Virus record (IMG/VR): IMGVR_UViG_3300022555_000003
Location: 32,001-96,000 of that record
Origin: a virus
Taxonomy: Duplodnaviria; Caudoviricetes
Length of the DNA stretch: 64,000 bases
Direction: 5' to 3' (one strand)
This document shows positions 26,658 to 39,609 of the stretch, in pieces. The notes beneath the pieces are model-generated. The model saw nothing but the letters and a program-made list of their open reading frames with translations. It was not told where the DNA came from and searched no databases. Within the stretch, counting starts at the first letter, position 1. Each line of letters begins with the position of its first letter. The position numbers and the translations under genes were made by a program.

Positions 26658-26925
26658 TAGAAAATATTTTTGTGGATTTAAAGGTATTGTGACAGAAAGT
26701 AAAGTATTATATGGAAGATGGGAAAATAAATTTTTGTGGATTCCCACTGATATCAACTGGTATGGATTAAACCACAATGCAAAAAGTAAATTTAGATGGC
26801 TTATAACAGTTTATAGAAGATCAATAGAACTTGAATATCCAGAAAGTGGTATCAATTATAAAACTAATGAATACGCAGAAAGCTTATTAGAAATTATTAA
26901 AAGAGATTATGAAAAAACAAGTTAA
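26647..26925 (+). CDS. Family D paralogue
   Basis: WENKFLWIP...WLITVYRR...EYAESLLEIIKRD. Confidence 0.7.
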   Translation: MPTNRKYFCGFKGIVTESKVLYGRWENKFLWIPTDINWYGLNHNAKSKFRWLITVYRRSIELEYPESGINYKTNEYAESLLEIIKRDYEKTS

Positions 26926-27379
26926 AAAAGTTGAGAATGAAATATCTCTTTCATCACAATTACGTGCCTTAGACGTTAAAGATAGATCATTCAGACTGAA
27001 CTTAACTGATGATCAAAAGAAGAAATTTTCTCCTTATCTAATGATGAGATATTCAGCTTCGTGTGAAGGTCCAGTTGATCTACAAACATATTACTTACTT
27101 GCAACAAATGAAAATGTCAATAAGAATTTCTTCGCTCCAGGAATCAATAAACATGCAGAATTACAATGGTTAATGTGTACAACAGTGAGTCCAGGTATGG
27201 GTGTTAAAAGACATTATTGGTTTAATAGTGGAAAGAAAATTGTCAAAAGTAAGTATGTAAAATTGGTAGCTGAAAAATTACCATCTTGGAAAATGGCCGA
27301 TATAGAACACTTTGTAGCTATTAACACTGAAAAAGATATTGACGAATGGTTACTTGACTTTGGTGATGAAAATGAATAA
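26909..27379 (+). CDS. Probable clamp-loader small subunit (T4 gp62-like)
   Basis: FSPYLMMRY..., HAELQWL...G.G..H.W pattern; replication context. Confidence 0.5.
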   Translation: MKKQVKKVENEISLSSQLRALDVKDRSFRLNLTDDQKKKFSPYLMMRYSASCEGPVDLQTYYLLATNENVNKNFFAPGINKHAELQWLMCTTVSPGMGVKRHYWFNSGKKIVKSKYVKLVAEKLPSWKMADIEHFVAINTEKDIDEWLLDFGDENE

Positions 27380-28037
27380 GTGTGATTTTTGTAAAAAAGA
27401 ATTCAAACGTGAATCTACTTTAGGTGCACATACATGTGAAGGACGTAGACGATTCTTAGATAGAAATACTGTTACAACTAAGTTAGCATTATATGCTTTT
27501 CAACAGTTTTATGAAACATATCATACTGGCAAAGAAAAAACCTGGGAAGAATTTGCTGACAGTAACTTTTACATTTCATTTATTAAATTTGCACGATACA
27601 TGATTGAAACAAGATGTGTAAATGTAAATGAGTACATCAAATTTGTTATAAAAAATAAGTACAAATTAGACAATTGGTCCAATGATGCTGTGTATGAAAT
27701 TTTTTTAATTAACTGGACAAGATCAGAACCAATTTGGGATGCTGTGTCTCGAAATATTGAAACATTAACAGAGTGGTCAGAAGAAACAAACAATAATTTG
27801 AATGAATATTTTACAAAAGCATCTGATGCTAAAATAATTAGCGAAATTGTAAAAGCAAAAATAACAGGTTGGATATTATTTGGAAGTGATACAGGTGTTA
27901 ATTGGTTAGATACGTTGTTACCTGAACAGCTTCAATCTATTTATAAGTGGATCGATCCAGAAATTTGGAATAGAAAGATGGATGCTAATCCTGAATTTGA
28001 ATCAGTAAAATCAATGCTCAATGAATTACATTTATGA
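27372..28037 (+). CDS. Hypothetical protein with N-terminal Zn finger
   Basis: CDFC..F..E.TL..HTC. Confidence 0.75.
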   Translation: MNKCDFCKKEFKRESTLGAHTCEGRRRFLDRNTVTTKLALYAFQQFYETYHTGKEKTWEEFADSNFYISFIKFARYMIETRCVNVNEYIKFVIKNKYKLDNWSNDAVYEIFLINWTRSEPIWDAVSRNIETLTEWSEETNNNLNEYFTKASDAKIISEIVKAKITGWILFGSDTGVNWLDTLLPEQLQSIYKWIDPEIWNRKMDANPEFESVKSMLNELHL

Positions 28038-28333
28038 GTGAAATCAAACAATATAAACTATCTTTTTTTCGAAAAGATCAAATAACAAATATGTGTACAG
28101 CTGATTTTCACGACATGCAAGAATTGGCCCAAACTGATTCAACAATGTTAGATTTATTGCAAAAGGCATATGTGTATTATCTGTTAAAACAAGGTGGCAA
28201 GTAATATGAATCGTATATATAAACTTGTAAGTATATTTACAGACATGTTATTGGTTGTGGGTGTTGTAGCAGGAGTATGTCTCATACTGTCAATTGAATG
28301 TGATTCAATATATGCAGTTCAAGAATTATTAAA

Positions 28334-28918
28334 ATGAAAAAAATATCTAGTGACATAGATTTAGATTTTGCTGATAGAAATGAGGCATTGAAATTTCTTG
28401 AGCACACACCTGCTAGTCAATATACAAACAAAGAACTAGTGCGTCATAATTCTGGAATATATGTTACATTAATACCGCAAGATGAAATACTTGGTATTAG
28501 TAGTTTTGAATATAAAAAAGCTGAAGAGTTAGGTTACATAAAACTAGACTTTTTAAATAATCATGTTTATTCAATGATTAATAGTAATGAGGAATTAGAT
28601 AAGCTAATAGAAATTGAACCACCGTGGCGTAAATTAGCTGATGAAGAATTTGTTAAGCAGATTATTCATATCAATAATTATTTCAATCTTATAAAGAAGT
28701 TAAAAGAACCAATTGATTCAATTGAAAAAATGGCTATGTTTTTAGCTATTATTCGACCAGCAAAAAAACATTTAATAGGTTTACCGTGGGGTGAAGTTAG
28801 AAAAACTGTGTGGGATAAGTCAGTTGATGGAACTTACGGGTTCAAAAAGCCTCATGCTATTTCTTATGCGACTCTTATTGGAGTACAAATGGTACTACTA
28901 AGTGGGCCGCTTCATTAG
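28334..28918 (+). CDS. Minimal DNA polymerase III alpha (DnaE)-like protein
   Basis: SDIDLDF, RHNSGIY, GYIKLDFL, AIIRPAK and YGFKKPHAISYA occur in DnaE order within 194 aa. Confidence 0.8.
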   Translation: MKKISSDIDLDFADRNEALKFLEHTPASQYTNKELVRHNSGIYVTLIPQDEILGISSFEYKKAEELGYIKLDFLNNHVYSMINSNEELDKLIEIEPPWRKLADEEFVKQIIHINNYFNLIKKLKEPIDSIEKMAMFLAIIRPAKKHLIGLPWGEVRKTVWDKSVDGTYGFKKPHAISYATLIGVQMVLLSGPLH

Positions 28919-29281
28919 AATAATTGATCTACGTTTACTTTTAGTTTTTGCTAGTTCTGCTAAACTTATAATGGGACCATGCATAATAATAGTATCTTTG
29001 GTGTTGAATACTTTTATATAACGCCTAAATATATCCCATTCTTTTCCTAAGAATATGTTAATTGGGATCTTTCTATTACTCTCCCAATACCATGAATCTC
29101 CTAGTTTTAAAAATAGTTTTCGCTCCTCGACATTCTTAATATCTCCAAAATTATATAAGCTAGTAACAAATGAATCTTGATTTTGTATAATTCCTATAAA
29201 TTCTGAATCACCATAACTGAGAATTGTTATGAACGGATATTTGTTCAATAATTGTTCGAAAACAACTGATGTATTGTTCAT
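28898..29281 (-). CDS. Hypothetical protein
   Basis: 127-aa ORF, WYWESNRKIPINIFL; TAAATA motif upstream. Confidence 0.75.
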   Translation of the reverse strand: MNNTSVVFEQLLNKYPFITILSYGDSEFIGIIQNQDSFVTSLYNFGDIKNVEERKLFLKLGDSWYWESNRKIPINIFLGKEWDIFRRYIKVFNTKDTIIMHGPIISLAELAKTKSKRRSIILMKRPT

Positions 29282-29340
29282 TGCTATTATTTATTGAAAA
29301 TTTCAGCTATACAAAAATTTGGTTCTTGATAAATAATTGT

Positions 29341-29862
29341 ATGGAAACAATAAGAATTTTTGTCTACGATCAAATTTTAAATTTGCAAATCGCTGATGAC
29401 AATACTTTAAATATCGAGGACAGAATTGTGTATACAAAACCTATAAATTTATTCAAAGGGATCGATAATGTAATAAAAGTACTTATTAAGAATTCAGATC
29501 AAAAAGTTGTTGATATTACTACTTTAACTTTTTATGCTGAGTTAGTAAAGTCACCACAACAAGATTTCGTAGGATCATTTACTTTAGTTACTACATCGGC
29601 TCTATTAGGCGAAGCCAAACTTACCATACCAGCATATATCCTCAATCCTCAAGAAATTGGCAATTACTATATCTTAATAAAATATTCAAGTGGTGGGAAT
29701 GATATTCCTGCATTTGCTGATGACAACTATCAAATCGCAATTCCATCTTACTTGTCATTAGGTTATAGAGTACCTGGTGATGTATATGATTTAAGTGATA
29801 ATTTAGATCTTGGTAGCATTCCAGAACTTGAAGATGAAATTAGAGACCTAGGAGCATTATAA
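29341..29862 (+). CDS. Probable virion protein (baseplate upper protein/BppU-like beta sandwich)
   Basis: GATAAATA 13 nt before ATG; lies ahead of fibre genes. Confidence 0.5.
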   Translation: METIRIFVYDQILNLQIADDNTLNIEDRIVYTKPINLFKGIDNVIKVLIKNSDQKVVDITTLTFYAELVKSPQQDFVGSFTLVTTSALLGEAKLTIPAYILNPQEIGNYYILIKYSSGGNDIPAFADDNYQIAIPSYLSLGYRVPGDVYDLSDNLDLGSIPELEDEIRDLGAL

Positions 29863-31587
29863 ATGGCTAAGAGATTACAAATACGTGGTGGTACAAATGC
29901 ACAAAATAATGCTTTTACTGGAGCAGAACGTGAGTTATCAGTAGATACAGATAATTGGCAGATACGAATACATGATGGTGTTACTGTTGGCGGAAATGCC
30001 GCAGCGGGATTTGTTGGCTCAACTGGGCCATTGGGTTTAACTGGCTCAACTGGGCCAATAGGATTACCTGGAGCAACCGGCGCTGGAGCTACTGGTTTAA
30101 CTGGTTCAACTGGAGCAACTGGATCTATCGGACTAACCGGAGCAACTGGTTCTGGTGCAACAGGGTTTGATGGAGCAACTGGTCCATTGGGTTTAACTGG
30201 CTCAACTGGTCCAATAGGATTACCTGGAGCAACAGGCATCGGAGCAACTGGATTAACTGGAGCTATTGGATCAATTGGACTAGATGGTGCAACTGGCGCT
30301 GGAGCTACTGGAGCAACTGGTCCAATAGGATTACCTGGAGCAACAGGCATCGGCGCAACTGGTATTGGAGCTACTGGATTAACTGGTTTAACTGGTAACG
30401 TAGGAGCTACAGGTGTTGGATCTACAGGTTTCTCGGGTGCAACTGGTGTTATTGGAAATGCTGGATCAACTGGGATAATTGGTTTAATTGGCTCTACTGG
30501 AATAATTGGTTTAACTGGCTCTACTGGTTTAATTGGTGCAACTGGTTCTGGAGCAACGGGTATCACTGGATCAACTGGAGCTATTGGATTAAAGGGTGCT
30601 ACTGGTTCTGGAGCTACTGGAGCTACTGGCTTAACTGGATTAACTGGTAATGTTGGAGCTACAGGTCCAATTGGTGCAACTGGTACTGAAGGTGCTACTG
30701 GCAACCGAGGAGCTACAGGTATTACTGGAGCTACTGGTTCTGGAGCAACAGGTATTACTGGATCTACTGGACTTACTGGTTCTACTGGACTTACTGGATC
30801 TACTGGTTCTGGAGCAACAGGTATTACTGGATCAACTGGAGCTATTGGATTAAAGGGTGCTACTGGTTCTGGAGCTACTGGAGCTACTGGCTTAACTGGA
30901 TTAACTGGTAATGTTGGAGCTACAGGCGCTGGAGCAACAGGTATTACTGGATCGACTGGGGCAACAGGTATATTTGGTTCTACAGGTCCAATTGGTTCTA
31001 CAGGTCCAATAGGAGCAACTGGACTTTTTGGAGCAACTGGACTTTTTGGAGCAACTGGACTTTTTGGAGCAACTGGACCCGGTGCAACCGGACCAGCTGG
31101 AGCAACAGGTATTACTGGATCAACAGGACCATTAGCTGCTAATTATGGATCGTATATCGGATTAGCAACGCAAACAAATATGGCTGGTGCAACTGGTGCC
31201 AATGTTGTTACATTAGATTCATCGCTTATTCGGTCTGGGGTTACAATTGAAAGTACATCACATATAAAAGTGTTAAGCAATGGAATTTATAATTTACAAT
31301 TTTCTTTCCAGCTATTTACTACAAGTATTAATAGTCCTATTAGTATTTGGTTAAGTAAAGGTGGAGTTAATGTTCTTGCATCTAATACTGTTATTACAGT
31401 ACCTGGTAATTCAACTAATAGTTTTGCGGCTTGGAATTTTATGATTCCATTATTAGCAAATGAGTATGTAGAACTATATTGGAATTCCACTGATACTGGT
31501 ATGACAATATTACATTCAGCAGCAGGAACAAATCCAACAATACCCGAAGCACCAGCTGTTATAGTTACAATTAATCAAGTTGCATAA
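29863..31587 (+). CDS. Collagen-like (G-X-T) fibre protein with Mtd/hyaluronidase-type N-terminus
   Basis: LQIRGGT...[19 protein letters not shown]; long GATG repeats; C-terminal beta domain ([11 protein letters not shown]). Confidence 0.85.
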   Translation: MAKRLQIRGGTNAQNNAFTGAERELSVDTDNWQIRIHDGVTVGGNAAAGFVGSTGPLGLTGSTGPIGLPGATGAGATGLTGSTGATGSIGLTGATGSGATGFDGATGPLGLTGSTGPIGLPGATGIGATGLTGAIGSIGLDGATGAGATGATGPIGLPGATGIGATGIGATGLTGLTGNVGATGVGSTGFSGATGVIGNAGSTGIIGLIGSTGIIGLTGSTGLIGATGSGATGITGSTGAIGLKGATGSGATGATGLTGLTGNVGATGPIGATGTEGATGNRGATGITGATGSGATGITGSTGLTGSTGLTGSTGSGATGITGSTGAIGLKGATGSGATGATGLTGLTGNVGATGAGATGITGSTGATGIFGSTGPIGSTGPIGATGLFGATGLFGATGLFGATGPGATGPAGATGITGSTGPLAANYGSYIGLATQTNMAGATGANVVTLDSSLIRSGVTIESTSHIKVLSNGIYNLQFSFQLFTTSINSPISIWLSKGGVNVLASNTVITVPGNSTNSFAAWNFMIPLLANEYVELYWNSTDTGMTILHSAAGTNPTIPEAPAVIVTINQVA

Positions 31588-31637
31588 TACAACTTTATAA
31601 AATTTATAAAGCATTATTTTTTGTACTAAGTAATTGT

Positions 31638-32789
31638 ATGAAACAAAAATTTACATTTCACTGTTTGGGTATTCCACATACAATTACCAATAAAGATTTT
31701 TCACATTGCGCTTACACCGCAAAAAATTTTAAGTTTTGTAAAATGATGAGAGCACTTGGTCACACTGTAATTCATTATGGCTGTGAAGGATCAACAGTAG
31801 AATGTGATGAACATGTTACTGTAACAACAATAGCAGATCTTGAAAAATCATACGGTCCAAACTTTAGAAGTAAAGATCAATTTTTTAAATTTGATATGAA
31901 TGATCATGTTTATCAAGAATTTTACAAAAATGCAATTAGAGAGATTGGAAAAAGAAAACAAAAAAATGATTTCTTACTTCCGTTTTGGGGAGCAGGACAT
32001 AAACCAGTTTGTGATGCACATTCGGATATGATTGTAGTTGAACCTGGCATTGGTTATGCTCATGGACACTTTGCCCAATGGCGTATTTATGAATCGTATG
32101 CTATCCGATCAGCTATTGGTGGAGCTGAAGCTGTTGGAACTTGCAAAGAAAGTTGGTATCATGTTGTAATTCCAAATTACTTTGATCCCAATGATTTTAC
32201 TTACTCAGACAAAAAAGACGATTACTTTCTATTTCTTGGTAGAGTTTATCCAGGTAAAGGTGCTGATGTAGCAATTCAAATTTGCCAAAAGATTGGTGCA
32301 AAGATTATTCTTGCTGGTCAAGGACAACTTAGTGATTTTGGATATCACGCAATTCCTGGGCAAGTAGAACATATTGGATATGCTGATATAGATAAAAGAA
32401 AAGAATTAATGTCAAAAGCAAAAGGATTTTTTCTTATCTCAATGTATAATGAGCCATTTGGTGGTGCAGCAGTAGAATCAATGTTTAGTGGTACTCCTAT
32501 TATTACAAGTGACTGGGGAGTATTCCCTGAGTATAACGTTCAAGGACAAACTGGGTATAGATGCAGAACATTTGAACAATTTTGTTGGGCCGCAAATAAT
32601 ATTGGTAACATTAAGCCAATCAATTGCCGTAACTTTGCAATGGATAATTACTCAATGGATCGAATTGGTGAAATGTATGACGAATATTTCACCATGGTAC
32701 ACGACGTATATAATGGTAAGGGATGGTACGAAGAACATCCAGAACGCACTAACTTAAATTGGCTAAATAAATATTCAAGATTTGAATAA
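31638..32789 (+). CDS. Glycosyltransferase (GT-B, GT4-like)
   Basis: YFLFLGRV..GKG, EPFGGAAVESMFSGTPIITSDWG. Confidence 0.9.
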   Translation: MKQKFTFHCLGIPHTITNKDFSHCAYTAKNFKFCKMMRALGHTVIHYGCEGSTVECDEHVTVTTIADLEKSYGPNFRSKDQFFKFDMNDHVYQEFYKNAIREIGKRKQKNDFLLPFWGAGHKPVCDAHSDMIVVEPGIGYAHGHFAQWRIYESYAIRSAIGGAEAVGTCKESWYHVVIPNYFDPNDFTYSDKKDDYFLFLGRVYPGKGADVAIQICQKIGAKIILAGQGQLSDFGYHAIPGQVEHIGYADIDKRKELMSKAKGFFLISMYNEPFGGAAVESMFSGTPIITSDWGVFPEYNVQGQTGYRCRTFEQFCWAANNIGNIKPINCRNFAMDNYSMDRIGEMYDEYFTMVHDVYNGKGWYEEHPERTNLNWLNKYSRFE

Positions 32790-32795
32790 GGACAT

Positions 32796-33365
32796 ATGAA
32801 ATTTAATTACGTAGATATTGGAACATGTGATTTTGATACACACTTAACTAACTTACAATCAAACGAAAATATATTATTAGTAGAACCATTATTTTACTAT
32901 TTGAAAAATTTACCTGATTTGTCAAATGCTATTAAATGCCCATTTGCGATATCAGATTATGTTGGGTACGATTACATCTATCATATATCTGAACAAGTGG
33001 CTATGTCATATGGTTTACCTGTTTGGGTCAGAGGATGTAATTCATTTGGAAGACCACACCCAACATTACTAACTCAATTTCCTTATGTACAACAAGAAAA
33101 AATTTGGGTTCCGGTTATTACCTTAGAAAAATTATTTGATATATATTCAGTAACTGAAATTGATAATATCAAGATTGATATTGAAGGTAACGATCATATA
33201 ATCTTAAAGCAATTATTACCAATAGTTGATAAGTTAAATATCAAAACTGTTGAATTTGAGTATATTGAATCTTTTGGGAATACAAAAATTTTAGACGAGT
33301 TAATAAAAGAGTTCAACTTTTTTAATTTAGTAATCAATGGTGATAATAGGATCTTATTAAGATGA
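32796..33365 (+). CDS. FkbM-family methyltransferase
   Basis: YVDIG, LVEP, IDNIKIDIEGND. Confidence 0.85.
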   Translation: MKFNYVDIGTCDFDTHLTNLQSNENILLVEPLFYYLKNLPDLSNAIKCPFAISDYVGYDYIYHISEQVAMSYGLPVWVRGCNSFGRPHPTLLTQFPYVQQEKIWVPVITLEKLFDIYSVTEIDNIKIDIEGNDHIILKQLLPIVDKLNIKTVEFEYIESFGNTKILDELIKEFNFFNLVINGDNRILLR

Positions 33366-34258
33366 AAAGAGCAATATTTTTTATAAACAGAATGTGGGCA
33401 TTTGGAACCATTCATTATGGATTAATGCAAATGCTATTTCAACATGGATTTGATTGTGAAGTATTAGATTGGTCGATCTCTTATCAAGCCGACGAATTTA
33501 ATATGATGATTGATAATACTGATATATTCTTAACTACAACAGATGGAGTTGGTCCATTGATGTCGTATAATGTTCCATTTGAAAAGATATATGCAGTAGG
33601 TCATGGGCAATGGGACTTATTATTAGCAAATAAAGTAATTGGCAAAGATTTTTATAGTAAGTTAGGTGGGTACGGAGTTGTATCAAATATTCTAAAGGCG
33701 AAATCTATAGAATTTGGTATTGAGCGTGTTCCATCTGTTATACCATTTGGTATTAATACAGATAGATTTTATTCAAAAATTTCAAATCAACTTAATGTAG
33801 TTGCAACAGCTGGAGCATATGAATCATATAATTTTGCTGGCGAAGAAATTAAACGTGGTAGATTGACAGAACAAGCAGCACGCGAAGCTGGTTTATTATA
33901 TAAAAATAATAAAAAGTTTCACTACTTAACAATGCCTAGTTTTTACAGATCTGTTGATTGTGTAGTTATGTCGTCGGTTGAAGAAGGCGCTGGACTGCCA
34001 ATGATGGAAGCAGCAGCAGCTGGCAGATTAACAATTGGAACTCCAGTTGGTTATTATGCAGACAATTATCTTGTTAGTGGAGGAATATGTGTTCCAGTAG
34101 AAGCTAATGCATTTGTTACTGAATGCAGACAACAATTAAATTTCTTCAAAAGTTATCCACATGATTATTTCAAACACTGCAAACAGATTCAAGAATATGC
34201 GATGGATAATTATAAATGGACAAAATTTATTGATAAATGGATTAATTTTTTATCATGA
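33362..34258 (+). CDS. Glycosyltransferase (GT-B)
   Basis: FYRSVDCVVMSSVEEGAGLPMMEAAAAG. Confidence 0.85.
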   Translation: MKRAIFFINRMWAFGTIHYGLMQMLFQHGFDCEVLDWSISYQADEFNMMIDNTDIFLTTTDGVGPLMSYNVPFEKIYAVGHGQWDLLLANKVIGKDFYSKLGGYGVVSNILKAKSIEFGIERVPSVIPFGINTDRFYSKISNQLNVVATAGAYESYNFAGEEIKRGRLTEQAAREAGLLYKNNKKFHYLTMPSFYRSVDCVVMSSVEEGAGLPMMEAAAAGRLTIGTPVGYYADNYLVSGGICVPVEANAFVTECRQQLNFFKSYPHDYFKHCKQIQEYAMDNYKWTKFIDKWINFLS

Positions 34259-34764
34259 TGAATATAGAAAGATTTAATCAGATAGTAAAGAGCATAGAAG
34301 ATAATAATTTAACTATGGTTCTTATGAAACAAAGTGGTGTATTTAATAAACAATCTGATAGTAAACTATTTGATCTAACTACAAAAGAAAGAATACCGTT
34401 TTTTGTAATCAGTTCTGATGAACCCGTTGATGAAAGTTGGGTTTACTTTTTTGAGAAGAACAACAAAACATATGTTAAGAAAGTAGATAAGCAAACACTA
34501 ATTGATGATTTCTATTTGAATATACAAATGCCTTCTATAACTCAACTAGCAAAAAATGTAGTAAGTCAAGCTGTAGATACTGTTAAAACAGCAGTTACAA
34601 CTGGTCAGGTTTTTACTCCATTTGAAGATTTAACCAATAGACTCAAAGTATGCAACCAATGTGAGTTTTTAGTTGAAAAACGTTGTATTAAATGTGGTTG
34701 TTTTATGGAATATAAAGCAAAATTAATTTCTGCGAGTTGTCCGATTGGCCTTTGGCATAAATAG
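34255..34764 (+). CDS. Hypothetical protein with C-terminal Cys-rich motif
   Basis: RL..C..C.....RC..CGCFM..KA......CP.G.W. Confidence 0.7.
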   Translation: MMNIERFNQIVKSIEDNNLTMVLMKQSGVFNKQSDSKLFDLTTKERIPFFVISSDEPVDESWVYFFEKNNKTYVKKVDKQTLIDDFYLNIQMPSITQLAKNVVSQAVDTVKTAVTTGQVFTPFEDLTNRLKVCNQCEFLVEKRCIKCGCFMEYKAKLISASCPIGLWHK

Positions 34765-34768
34765 TTGT

Positions 34769-35212
34769 ATGCGATTTAAAGAATTTGAAGTTATAATACA
34801 TGGTGAATTTGAGACAGCTGAAGACGAATTAGATCTCAGAGGAACTTTCTCTAGACAGTTAGGAGTTTCTCAACAGCCACAAATTCCTCCTGTAGTTACC
34901 CAAGTTATTGCAAAAGAACCCGAATCAGAAGAACAAACTATTCAAGATATTGAAAATGGAGATGCCAAATGGGCTCCGCCATTGCAACAACAGTTAGATG
35001 CATTAAAACAAAGTGTTAATACTCCAACTATTATAGCTGCGAAAGAACCAATGATGGAAATGTGTAAAAAATGTGGGCATTTAATATTTGATAACATGAT
35101 ATCTGAAGGAAAACAAACGCAACTACAAGAAACATGGTCTAATATAGCTAAAAAATATACACACGGTTTAGAAAAATGTAAATCAAATTGTGAACCATTT
35201 AAGAATATATAA
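34769..35212 (+). CDS. Hypothetical protein
   Basis: CATAAATA 13 nt before ATG 34769. Confidence 0.65.
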   Translation: MRFKEFEVIIHGEFETAEDELDLRGTFSRQLGVSQQPQIPPVVTQVIAKEPESEEQTIQDIENGDAKWAPPLQQQLDALKQSVNTPTIIAAKEPMMEMCKKCGHLIFDNMISEGKQTQLQETWSNIAKKYTHGLEKCKSNCEPFKNI

Positions 35213-35214
35213 TA

Positions 35215-37833
<2,619 letters not shown>

Positions 37834-37896
37834 AGGAGACTATTGTGTCATATTTTCCAACAATAAACATTAATCTATTAGAGGATAAATATTAAC

Positions 37897-38328
37897 ATGG
37901 CACTTAACTTCCCCAATTCTCCAACTCTAGGACAAGTATATACTTCAGGATTATTTTCGTGGGCATGGGATGGGACAGTATGGGCTTCTAATACCAGCAC
38001 AGTTTCAGGAGCAACTGGATTTACTGGTGCAACCGGTCCAATGTATCCAAGGACAACTACAGCAATAACTGGTGCAACTGGATTAATTCCAAGTAATGAT
38101 GTTGCACTTGTTGATTGTACACTTGGACCAGTTACATTGTCGTTGCCGCCAGTCGCAACAAGTACAAATGCAGTTCTTACTATTAAAAAAATTGATGGAA
38201 CTACGAATAATTTAACAGTAAAAGGAAATGGATCAGAATTAATTGATGGTAGTAATAAGCAAATAATTAGTTATCAATGGAGTAGTATTACAGTTATATG
38301 TAATGGTTCAAAATGGTTCATGGTATAA
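37897..38328 (+). CDS. Short fibre-like protein sharing the C-terminal domain of 35215-37833
   Basis: MALNFPNSP..GQVY; LPPV.TSTN..TIKKID..TVKGN..ELID. Confidence 0.8.
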   Translation: MALNFPNSPTLGQVYTSGLFSWAWDGTVWASNTSTVSGATGFTGATGPMYPRTTTAITGATGLIPSNDVALVDCTLGPVTLSLPPVATSTNAVLTIKKIDGTTNNLTVKGNGSELIDGSNKQIISYQWSSITVICNGSKWFMV

Positions 38329-38337
38329 GGAAAATAA

Positions 38338-39564
38338 ATGGCATACTTTAATCAAACACAAGCAAATTTTAATCAATCTAATATGTCAGCTTTTGGAACT
38401 CTTGAAACTGCTGAACTAACTCCAGTTATACAAGGTGATTTCGTTTATGGATTAAATTCTCAACTATGGAATACTGGTGTAGTTTCTGGTACTGGTGCAA
38501 CTGTTGATACTAATGTTAATCGATTACGTATTCAAAGTGGGACTGTATCAACAAATTATGCTTATATAACATCTAGAAGAATTATTAGATATAGAGCTGG
38601 TCAAGGAACATTAATACGATTTACACCATTATTTACAACAGGTGTAGCAAACAATGATCAATTCTGGGGAGTTGGTACTGTAGCAAGTAATGCTATTTTT
38701 GATGGCTATTTCTTTGGATATCACGGAACATCATTTGGTATTGGCTATTACAATTCAGGTGCTGCTATTAACTTTACAGCTCAAGCTTCTTGGAATGTAG
38801 ATCCAATGAATGGTACTGGTCCTTCTGGACTTACTTTAGATCCAACTAAAGGTTCTCCAGTAATGATTAAATATCCATACTTGGGTTATGGATCTATATT
38901 CTTTTTTGTTGAAACTCCGTCGGGCATATGGGCTCTTGTTCATACAATTCAATATCCAAATACATCAACTGCTACACAATTAAGTAACCCATCTATGCAA
39001 TTTATTGGATTTACTGCAAATAGTGGAAATACAACAAATGTCACTATGTATTGCGCTAGTGTAGGTGCTTTTGTTTGCGGTGAAAGAAATTTTATTGGAA
39101 ATCCTAAGTGGGCAATAGATAATAATAAAGCCGGTATTTCAACTACTGAAACATGTATTTTAAATTTGCAGAATTGCACTACATATAATACTAAAGTTAA
39201 TAGAGGTTTAGTTAGACTTCAGTCGCTATCCTTGGCAACTCCTACAAATAACACATTAATTACTCTTCGACTAAGAATTGGTGCAACTATAGGTGGATCT
39301 CCTTCATATACTGCAATAAGTGGAACTGGAGGCGGAGCAACAATTACTTCTAGTAACTCAATTGTGTCATTTGATACTGCTGGAACAACTGCTACTGCTG
39401 GAACTTATATTTTTGCTATGCAATCAGGAGCTCAAGGTTCTCCCGTTCTAGATTTAGCTACCTTTAATATAATTATTGCACCTGGAGAAATTTTAACCAT
39501 GAGTGCAATGGCTTCAGCAAGTTCAACAGTTGGTATTTCTGTTACTTGGACAGAAGATATTTAA
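38338..39564 (+). CDS. Probable virion beta-sandwich/lectin-like protein
   Basis: G/T/S-rich beta pattern within the structural block. Confidence 0.55.
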   Translation: MAYFNQTQANFNQSNMSAFGTLETAELTPVIQGDFVYGLNSQLWNTGVVSGTGATVDTNVNRLRIQSGTVSTNYAYITSRRIIRYRAGQGTLIRFTPLFTTGVANNDQFWGVGTVASNAIFDGYFFGYHGTSFGIGYYNSGAAINFTAQASWNVDPMNGTGPSGLTLDPTKGSPVMIKYPYLGYGSIFFFVETPSGIWALVHTIQYPNTSTATQLSNPSMQFIGFTANSGNTTNVTMYCASVGAFVCGERNFIGNPKWAIDNNKAGISTTETCILNLQNCTTYNTKVNRGLVRLQSLSLATPTNNTLITLRLRIGATIGGSPSYTAISGTGGGATITSSNSIVSFDTAGTTATAGTYIFAMQSGAQGSPVLDLATFNIIIAPGEILTMSAMASASSTVGISVTWTEDI

Positions 39565-39609
39565 TTTGAAATATACTATTAGTCTGTGCTATAATTAAAT
39601 ATAGTATAG

